A stretch of DNA of 64,000 bases from an uncultured virus (IMG/VR IMGVR_UViG_3300042868_007713). Its lineage: Duplodnaviria; Heunggongvirae; Uroviricota; Caudoviricetes. Each line of letters opens with the position of its first letter. Position 1 is the first letter of the stretch. Position numbers and translations under genes: made by a program. Where the stretch lies: the IMG/VR virus record IMGVR_UViG_3300042868_007713. One strand, given 5' to 3'. Under the pieces are notes generated by a model that was given only the letters and a program-made list of their open reading frames with translations, ran no database searches and was not told the origin of the DNA. Positions 41,301-48,537 of the stretch are shown one piece after another.

Positions 41301-43002
41301 AAATTTTGCATCTGATATAGGAAAAACAAATACTAGAATTAATGCAGAAAGAGAAGTTATAGGAACAGGACTAAATTTTAAGAGAATAGGAAAAGTAAAA
41401 AATGATATAGGTGGATATGATCATATTGTTAAACCTATAAATGCAAATGGTAATCTTATATGGGAAAAACCTAATGCAAAACAATTAGTTCAAGAATATA
41501 ATGTTGAACATGAATTAAAAAACCTTAATCTTTTTAAAAATAAAGATGAATTTATAAATGCTGTTAAAAATGCAAAAGAAGAAGAAATAACTAAAGGTAT
41601 AGATAATTTAATATCTAATAGAAGTAGAACAACTTCAAAAAAAGATTTATTATCTCTTATTATGACTTATAAATCATATCCAAAATATAGAAATGAAAAA
41701 ACTATAGAAGATATATATACTACATTAAATTTAGGAGGTAAAATGGATATGCCTATTATTTTAGAATACCCAAATGGTGAAAGAAAAGTTTTTTCAGGTA
41801 ATACAAGAATGGATCTTTCATTTCAATCAGGTATTAATCCTAAAGCACTTATTATAAAAGTTCCTATTAAAAAACAAGAAGGAGGAGCTATTATAACTAA
41901 TAGAGGTCAATGGGATTATCCAGGACAAACAACTATTATTCCTTCTAATGAAATAACAATGGAAGGTGTACCTTATCCAGTGTTAGGTGTAGATAATACA
42001 GGTTATGTACAAATGATGCAACCTCAAATGAATTATACATTTCCTGGGCAATATGTTACAGAATATCCTATGATGCAATATGGTGGTTTAACAAAATATA
42101 AAGAAAAAGGTGAAGTAAAAAATACAAAAACTACACCTGTTGTTAAAAAACCTGTTTATCAATATACACCTCAAAATTTTGTTCAACCAAGTTTTAATAA
42201 TATACCTAGAAATGTATCATATGCTGAAGTACCTTTTATAAATACAGATGATATTGAAAGTCAAATTTATACAAATGATCAATCTAAAAGAGGTTTAGAA
42301 TTTCATAAAAAATGGATGAGTTCTCCTATGTATAAACAAATGTTATACAATAGTGATCCTGTTAATGCAAAAGCTATTGAAAAAAATAGATGGGATAATT
42401 ATAATAAAGTTAAATTAACATATAATCCTGTTCAACCACATGATCACCCATTATGGGGTGCTTCTTCAAATTCAAGTACAGGTAAAATTCAATTTTACCC
42501 ACATGGTGTAGAAGAAAATGTTTCTAATACAGGACCTCATGAAATTTCTCATTCAATAGATATAGATGAAACAGGTAAAAATAAAAAAAGAAATTTACCT
42601 GGTAAAGATATGCTTAAAATGTATTTATATTCAAATGCAGTTAAAACTAAACAAGGTACATTAAATAAATTAGCAGAATGGAAATATAAAAATGATCCTG
42701 ATTTTTATAACTATGTAGCTAAACCAACAGAAACAAGAGCTAGATTAAATGATATTAGACAAAAAGCTTATGAAAATAAACTATATGATCCATTTACTCA
42801 AAAAGTAGATGCAAATACATTTAATAAATTATTAAAATTTAAATTTGAAAAAAAACAAGGATGGGATCCTTTATGGCAATTACAAAATGTATATACTAAT
42901 GATCAAATAATAGATCTTTTAAATACAGTAAGTAAAAATAATAAAGTACCTTTAAATCCACAAATAATGGATAACAATAATGAATGGGAAATAATTGGAT
43001 AA
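38386..43002 (+). CDS. Modular virion cargo polyprotein A (Zn ribbon, ART-PolyVal-like, R-S-E ART-like, ParB-like, unknown conserved module, zincin)
   Basis: Modules are separated by YENGG, MKNGG, NKYGG, KQEGG and MQYGG. Catalytic motifs are listed in the findings. Confidence 0.7.
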   Translation: MKKWLDKYENGGLVSKKSLNRKVTCSNCGWSWKLSDGGEDPLTCHKCGGTIKMKNGGELDEYKEKGEVVNPNNPIQLPNVNFVYKRPVVESTFDAYQQNTPIVDRGNFSNIPYRKSDQIAMERQNATNKKIAQQELQQELSAKKAKEKGTAFTLPTGATKKYKDMNVKERLYVDAQVLKNKGRWNENQVEQPFLNNFNPITMLYDMGAGLGEAPLMSDVTNSYIPYVTGVAAPLTAGALAGIGANTTGQFVNELINPLAGIRNPFKNKKFKSEINWRNWNKEIPKNVPLMQEYNAIEQTTKANGTWMKNFDGSKFKGTPEQFVQQNSENFKKAFGKDFNTGYRGQRIPTNIMDGGNYPSGITFLGDKDQAMTYGETWKKSHSGKIYQPGMFDPKEPALYELIYPNSNNKKIITHSNVRDWRELTDDEVASQLKKVDLKRRGLSNKGEQFITTDDVAYFVKRNDLDYAYIPKIRDYGRKPDRRFFNLLPGKSVGNTVIVNSKPGNYLKSRWYNNGMFDMTNPDIYKAIVPAAIGVGALQENKYGGQWLDKYKEKGEVVNPNNPIQLPNVNFVYKRPVANSTFNPYENVNRVGTSDNTKVFRLNPEQVEKVKEAAAIRNEKIIREYYQNNQSFIGPDNRTKAERDRSIAARKAYDDLMEKQQVMSQQPFYQTLQNTTAGGYNPNAAYNPVIGKTAEGLGYMAAGALGSSAVRPAFNFMGEAMNLPIQGVPGFTGSNIVNAAFTTHGLKSIMDGSVTKPWKEAYRSGNPWDYANAVSENAMTALELAPLVGPTYRGIALEAGNVYNNIATGNSIIPYAWKSPAVGLSQGASDVMFKGLLNSNKLTDAERALIVEYQYDSKPFTGRGILPVNQEKKEALNNIIKKYNLNVNNNSIFTRRFNPEDRSLGADFINNNLNLRDRPSSFSAGVGDVGYRNSMDRLVIPNRYAKNMGNNFLANEYGAFSDDAINLVDPKVKNFASDIGKTNTRINAEREVIGTGLNFKRIGKVKNDIGGYDHIVKPINANGNLIWEKPNAKQLVQEYNVEHELKNLNLFKNKDEFINAVKNAKEEEITKGIDNLISNRSRTTSKKDLLSLIMTYKSYPKYRNEKTIEDIYTTLNLGGKMDMPIILEYPNGERKVFSGNTRMDLSFQSGINPKALIIKVPIKKQEGGAIITNRGQWDYPGQTTIIPSNEITMEGVPYPVLGVDNTGYVQMMQPQMNYTFPGQYVTEYPMMQYGGLTKYKEKGEVKNTKTTPVVKKPVYQYTPQNFVQPSFNNIPRNVSYAEVPFINTDDIESQIYTNDQSKRGLEFHKKWMSSPMYKQMLYNSDPVNAKAIEKNRWDNYNKVKLTYNPVQPHDHPLWGASSNSSTGKIQFYPHGVEENVSNTGPHEISHSIDIDETGKNKKRNLPGKDMLKMYLYSNAVKTKQGTLNKLAEWKYKNDPDFYNYVAKPTETRARLNDIRQKAYENKLYDPFTQKVDANTFNKLLKFKFEKKQGWDPLWQLQNVYTNDQIIDLLNTVSKNNKVPLNPQIMDNNNEWEIIG
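38560..38664 (+). repeat. Module-head direct repeat, copy 1
   Basis: Aligns without gaps to 40024-40128; 46-bp identical core at 38605-38650. Confidence 0.9.
40024..40128 (+). repeat. Module-head direct repeat, copy 2
   Basis: Identical core at 40069-40114; encodes LDKYKEKGEVVNPNNPIQLPNVNFVYKRPV. Confidence 0.9.
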
Positions 43003-43039
43003 AATATATTAAAATAAAAAAATTAATAAACATATTACA

Positions 43040-46000
43040 ATGATAATAAGAAATAAAAAAACAGGTGAAATTAGAGAAGTATCTAAATTTGAACTTAACC
43101 AATATGGATTAGGTGGGCAAAATAATAAATTAGTAAAGTACCAAAATAAAGGAGAAGTAAAAAAATTACCTGGTGTTTTAACAAGAGAAAATATTCCAGG
43201 TGATGCCCTTACAAGTACAGCAAAAAGAGAAATTGTTTCTATTTATCCACATTATAAAAATATGGAAACAGGTTTTTTAAAAGGGGTAGCATATGTATCA
43301 CCTGATTATAAATCTCAAGAAGATAGAGAATTATTATTTAAAAGACATAGACCTGTAGCTTATCCTTCTATATCTGGTGCTGTTTTTGATTATTTTAAAG
43401 ATAAATCAAATAAATGGTTTAATACTTCAATGCAACAACCTTTTAGAGATAAAGAAGGAGATTATGAAGCATCTGAAGAAGCATGGAGAATGACTTTAGG
43501 TTTACCTGTTAAAACTAAATATATTATTCCTTCTAAATATAGACCTTTAGATGAAAAAGATAAAACATCAAGATATTATACATTACGTGAAGACATGTAT
43601 AATAAAGATTTACTTAGAAAAAAAATACAAGAATTAAATTTAAAACCTGGACAATCAGCTTTTCTTCCATCATTTGCTCCATTTGTAAATGAAAGTTATA
43701 TGAATCAGAAAGAATTTTCAGATGTTGATCCACTTCAAAATTTTAAAATAGGTGTTAATAAAAATGGTAAAATGTATTTTTATGATAAATATGATTTTGA
43801 TTTTGAACCATTAAGTAAAGTGACAAGACCTTATGAATATGAATTTTATAATGAATTTAAAACAGGCGGGGAAATGATTAAACGTGCAGATGGTTCATAT
43901 TCAAGAAGGGGTTTATGGGATAACATTAGAGCTAATGCTGGTTCAGGTAAAAAACCAACAAAAGAAATGTTAAATCAAGAAAGAAAAATTAAAAATCAAC
44001 ATCAAGCAGCTTATGGTATGGAAGTAATGGGTAATGGTGGTTTAATAAAATATAAAGATAAAGGAGAAGTAGTAAATCTTAATAATCCTGTAAATTTAAA
44101 AGAAATATTTATAAAGGCAAATGTTTTAAAACAAAATCCTAAACCTAATTTTGAACATCAAATTAATGAATGGTTAGGTAATACAATGGCAAAAGCACAG
44201 CGTGATGCAGAATCTGAAAAATGGTTTAATCCTAAAACAAAAAAATGGGAAGAGCAAGATCCAATAGATAATATTAGACATGCTTCTGCCGGTAGATATA
44301 CTGCTGAAGCTATTGCTAACAAAACAGGAAACATACCATATATATCAAATACTTTAGGTTATTTAGGTTCAAATTTATTAGGAGCAGCTCATGAAGCAGG
44401 TACTTATTTTACTGATCCTAGATGGAATAATGAAAAATCTGGACTTTTTAATAATTTTAAAGTTATAACTAGAGAAGCATTAGAAGATTTGTATAATAAT
44501 AATATGGGTGCTATGATAGGTGTTACACCTCTTACACCATTAGAAAAAAGTAGAATTATTAGAAATTTATCTGATAACAATTTAATGCCAGATGGATATG
44601 GTAAAATGGATCCTTTTCATAAAGGTATTAAATCAAATTATCAACAAGGAGGACAAAAAATGCCACCTGAATTAGCTTATGCTAGATTTGCTGCTGCTGG
44701 TAATTTAAATCAATTAAGTAGATATGGGTATGAAGATGGAGGTGAAGAAGAAGTTAGTAATTTAAAAAACATAAATTTAAATTTACCAGTATACAGAAAA
44801 CCAGAAATGAATCCATTAAGTTTTAATAAATTTCTTGTTAATGATAGAAATCAAAATTTATTTATAGGTGGTATTAATCCACGTTATCAAAATGAAAATT
44901 TTTCTGTAGGTCCTTATTTAATAGGTGTTGGAAATAAATATTTTCAAAAATTTCCTGTTGATTATGGAGTAACAGGAAATTATAATATAAATGATGATTT
45001 TAATATTAATATGACTGTTGGTAAAAATAATATAAATGCTGGTATAAAATATAAATTTAATAATGGAGGAGATGTTTCTATGTATGGACCTGGTGGTGAA
45101 AACAAACCTACTACTTCTGATAGTTTGTTATTATATAATAATCAAGTATTAAAAAATAAATTTTATAAAAATAATTCTGATTATACAGAATTACCAATAG
45201 ATAAAAAGAAGCCATTAACAAAAAATAAAGATATAAATAAAATTATAAATTCTGTTAATGAAGCTAGAAAAAATGTTAATTCAAATATGTTAAATAATGA
45301 TTTTGGTACAAACAAATCTCAAAAAGAATTATCAAACCGTTTTGGAAAAATTATAAATAGTAATGTATATTCTGCTGGAGATATATTTTCAGGAAAAGCT
45401 GATACATATTTTAATCCAGATTCTCCCGCTTCATATTTTTCAAATAATATTTTACCAAAAGAATGGATAAGATATTTTAATAATAGTGATGATGTTCCAG
45501 ATGTTACAGATGTACCTATGTATGATGCAATAGCAATTAAACCTGCCCATATGAAAACACCTGCTGATTGGGCTTACATGAAAAAAACTTATGGTGTAAC
45601 ACCAACAGTTCAACAAACAAATACTGTTAATAGACAAATAACAACTACTGCAAAATTACCTGTTAGAACTAAAAATAATTTAGAAAGATTAAAAATAGTA
45701 ACACGTCCTTTAACTATCCCTAAAGTTATACCACATGGTGAATTAATACCTGTAACACAAATGAAGTTAAAACAAAGAGGAAATATCCCTATGTATGGAC
45801 CAGGTAATACACTTATTGGATTTATAGATGATGATAGACAATTTTATCCAGGAGAATATACGGGTGCTCCAAATAATCAACTTAATTTACAAGATAAATA
45901 TTTGTTAGACAACCCTGAATTGTTAAAAGAATACCTTAAAAAAATAGATACTTATAAATTTGATAACTTTAAATTAGGTGGTAGTATTCCTATGTTTGGA

Positions 46001-48460
46001 CCTGGAGGACAAAAACAAAACCCACCTAAAGTTTATACAGATAAAAAAATGTTTGAACAAGCTAACCAAAATTATACAGATAGTTTAAACTTGTATAATT
46101 TATCTAATAGACTAGCACGTATTGCAGGGTATAGTTTTCCTAGTAATTATTCATTTTCTACAAATCCTATATTATATGAAGATTATACAATTCCTTATAA
46201 TTCAACTGGAACTACAACAAATATAAATGGTGACATTATTAAAGTAGGGAAGAATAAATATAGAAATGAAGTAGAAAAAAGTTTAAAAAGAAAAATTAAA
46301 CCTTTTGGGTGGACTTATGGAGATATTGCTATACCTGTTTATAAAAAACCAGTACAACCAGTAGTGTATCAACCAACTACAAGTTTAAAAAAATTAGAAA
46401 TGGTAGCACCTACTTTAGTTAATCCTAAAGTTACTCCTCGTGGTAAATTACTTCCTGTTCCTTCAAAACAAACTGTAAATTTAACAAACTTAATACAACC
46501 AAGAACTTATCCTATAGATATATATGATAGAAGAGGTAATTTTTTAAGACAAGAATTTATGGGTGATAGTGAAGGAGTTGTTGATCAAAATTATATAGGT
46601 AAACATCATTATGCACCAAGAGGAGGTAATAGTTATATAGATACAAATTATGCTAAAGGAGGATTAGTAAAATATCAGAATGGAGAAGAAGTAGAACAAA
46701 AAAATACAACCCCTGTTGTAAATGAAAAAAGTAAATTAATTTTTAGAAATCCTGTATTAGAAACTCCATGTGAAGGAATTGGTTGTGCACAACTTGCATC
46801 TAATGAATTAGCTAAAATGAATTTAATACCTTCAAGAACAGATGCTTGGTTTATGGGAGATGCTGTAGTTAAAGATGGTGGTAAACAAATTTGGAATAGA
46901 CAATCTGGTAATATAGATTATTCTACATTAATACCTGGAGATATTATTACATTAGATAGACCTGGATTAGCTCATCAAGATGATATGATAAATAATAATC
47001 CTACAGGTTATACTCCAGAAAAAGAAGTTGAACATGTAGGAGTTATTGTTGGACATGATGAAAGAGGTGTTCCTTTAATTAAACATGGTGGAAATCATGG
47101 TATACGTACAGTTATTCAACCTATAGATAAGTTATCCTTATATGTTCCTAATAGTGGAATAACTTTAAATTATAAACCTTTTGCAATATATAGAACTAAA
47201 GGTGCTGAAAATATTCCTATCCCTGATAATTATTATAATAAACAATATGCTAAATTTGATAATAGTATACCTTTATTACAAAAACAATTAGATAATACAG
47301 AAAAACAAAATAAAATGATTGATGCATTTAATAATAATTTAGAAATGCAATCAAGAGTTTTAGGATTAAATCCTTATGATATTCAACAATTACAAAAAAT
47401 TGCATTTGGGATATTTGGAAATGAATCAAAATATGGAACTAGTCCTATACAAAAACCTAAAGAATATACAAAAAGACTTGCTCATTTTATAAGAGGTGAA
47501 AAATGGATTCCTGGTTATGATGATAAAACATCAGCTAGTTTAAGTGAAATGAGAATAAAATATGGTGATATATATGATGATGGAAATAATAAACTTGGAA
47601 AACAATTTGATGAATTAGGAGTAAAAGAAAGTAAATTAAAAGGATTTAATTCAGATAATGATTATAATGATGAAGCTAATGCAGCAATTGCTATACTTGT
47701 AAGTAATTATAATAAAATTAAAAATGATAAAGATGAGTATGGTAGATCTAAATATAATTATGATCCAACTAAACAAACTATTTATGGTGATATTCCAGTA
47801 ACAGAAGCTATAGCAAAAATGTATAATTCAGGAGCTGGTGTAATAAATAATGAAAATAAACTTAGAAAAAAACCTATTTATGCAAAACAAGCAATAGAAA
47901 ATGCAGTTATTAATTTTGGAGAAGTACCTAGTTTAACAAAAACATTTAAAAATGATGTTATTATAAAAAATAATTTACAAACACCTTTAATAAAACCTGT
48001 AATTAACAGATCTTCAGAAACAATATTGCCTGAAAATATAAATCCTAAATTTATGTATACAGTACCTCCTACTGTTTTTGCTGAAGGTGGTGGTATTCCA
48101 GAAAGATATAGAAACATGGGCTTTACTAGTGTAGGTGCAAAAAAACAAAGTACAAGACCTGGTAAAAAATGGATGGTGTTAGCTAAAAAAGGTGATGATT
48201 ATAAAGTAGTACACGGTGGATATAAAGGTATGCAAGATTTTAAACAACACCATTCTGAACAAAGAAAAGAAAATTTCTGGAATAGAATGGGTGGTAGAAA
48301 TAGTTCTAAAGCAACTGATCCATTTAGTCCTTTATATTGGCATAAAAGATTTGGTACATGGGAATATGGAGGACAACCTATGGCTATTGGTGGTCAAAAT
48401 ATGATGAATCCTATTGTTAAAAAAGATAACAGAAATTGGTTAGAGTATCTTAAAAATTAG
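43040..48460 (+). CDS. Modular virion cargo polyprotein B (about 10 modules including OMP-like beta module, NlpC/P60, lysozyme-like)
   Basis: Modules are delimited by YGLGG, FKTGG, MGNGG, YQQGG, YEDGG, FNNGG/YGPGG, FKLGG/FGPGG, YAKGG, FAEGG and WEYGG/MAIGG. Confidence 0.7.
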   Translation: MIIRNKKTGEIREVSKFELNQYGLGGQNNKLVKYQNKGEVKKLPGVLTRENIPGDALTSTAKREIVSIYPHYKNMETGFLKGVAYVSPDYKSQEDRELLFKRHRPVAYPSISGAVFDYFKDKSNKWFNTSMQQPFRDKEGDYEASEEAWRMTLGLPVKTKYIIPSKYRPLDEKDKTSRYYTLREDMYNKDLLRKKIQELNLKPGQSAFLPSFAPFVNESYMNQKEFSDVDPLQNFKIGVNKNGKMYFYDKYDFDFEPLSKVTRPYEYEFYNEFKTGGEMIKRADGSYSRRGLWDNIRANAGSGKKPTKEMLNQERKIKNQHQAAYGMEVMGNGGLIKYKDKGEVVNLNNPVNLKEIFIKANVLKQNPKPNFEHQINEWLGNTMAKAQRDAESEKWFNPKTKKWEEQDPIDNIRHASAGRYTAEAIANKTGNIPYISNTLGYLGSNLLGAAHEAGTYFTDPRWNNEKSGLFNNFKVITREALEDLYNNNMGAMIGVTPLTPLEKSRIIRNLSDNNLMPDGYGKMDPFHKGIKSNYQQGGQKMPPELAYARFAAAGNLNQLSRYGYEDGGEEEVSNLKNINLNLPVYRKPEMNPLSFNKFLVNDRNQNLFIGGINPRYQNENFSVGPYLIGVGNKYFQKFPVDYGVTGNYNINDDFNINMTVGKNNINAGIKYKFNNGGDVSMYGPGGENKPTTSDSLLLYNNQVLKNKFYKNNSDYTELPIDKKKPLTKNKDINKIINSVNEARKNVNSNMLNNDFGTNKSQKELSNRFGKIINSNVYSAGDIFSGKADTYFNPDSPASYFSNNILPKEWIRYFNNSDDVPDVTDVPMYDAIAIKPAHMKTPADWAYMKKTYGVTPTVQQTNTVNRQITTTAKLPVRTKNNLERLKIVTRPLTIPKVIPHGELIPVTQMKLKQRGNIPMYGPGNTLIGFIDDDRQFYPGEYTGAPNNQLNLQDKYLLDNPELLKEYLKKIDTYKFDNFKLGGSIPMFGPGGQKQNPPKVYTDKKMFEQANQNYTDSLNLYNLSNRLARIAGYSFPSNYSFSTNPILYEDYTIPYNSTGTTTNINGDIIKVGKNKYRNEVEKSLKRKIKPFGWTYGDIAIPVYKKPVQPVVYQPTTSLKKLEMVAPTLVNPKVTPRGKLLPVPSKQTVNLTNLIQPRTYPIDIYDRRGNFLRQEFMGDSEGVVDQNYIGKHHYAPRGGNSYIDTNYAKGGLVKYQNGEEVEQKNTTPVVNEKSKLIFRNPVLETPCEGIGCAQLASNELAKMNLIPSRTDAWFMGDAVVKDGGKQIWNRQSGNIDYSTLIPGDIITLDRPGLAHQDDMINNNPTGYTPEKEVEHVGVIVGHDERGVPLIKHGGNHGIRTVIQPIDKLSLYVPNSGITLNYKPFAIYRTKGAENIPIPDNYYNKQYAKFDNSIPLLQKQLDNTEKQNKMIDAFNNNLEMQSRVLGLNPYDIQQLQKIAFGIFGNESKYGTSPIQKPKEYTKRLAHFIRGEKWIPGYDDKTSASLSEMRIKYGDIYDDGNNKLGKQFDELGVKESKLKGFNSDNDYNDEANAAIAILVSNYNKIKNDKDEYGRSKYNYDPTKQTIYGDIPVTEAIAKMYNSGAGVINNENKLRKKPIYAKQAIENAVINFGEVPSLTKTFKNDVIIKNNLQTPLIKPVINRSSETILPENINPKFMYTVPPTVFAEGGGIPERYRNMGFTSVGAKKQSTRPGKKWMVLAKKGDDYKVVHGGYKGMQDFKQHHSEQRKENFWNRMGGRNSSKATDPFSPLYWHKRFGTWEYGGQPMAIGGQNMMNPIVKKDNRNWLEYLKN

Positions 48461-48534
48461 GAATACTCAATAAAATTAAGTAAATTAATAATATAGAGTT
48501 TAGAAATAAAAAATCTAAATATTTAAAGTTTAAA
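48457..48534 (+). promoter_or_regulatory. Candidate promoter TTAG-N20-TAAATTAA plus operator-like site
   Basis: TTAG 48457-48460, TAAATTAA 48481-48488, TAAATATTTAAAGTTTAAA 48516-48534. Confidence 0.45.
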
Positions 48535-48537
48535 AAA

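Noticed and set aside
43002..43040. Readthrough or frameshift joining polyproteins A and B
   Set aside because: Different frames, a TAA stop, and a normal A-rich leader before the second ATG.
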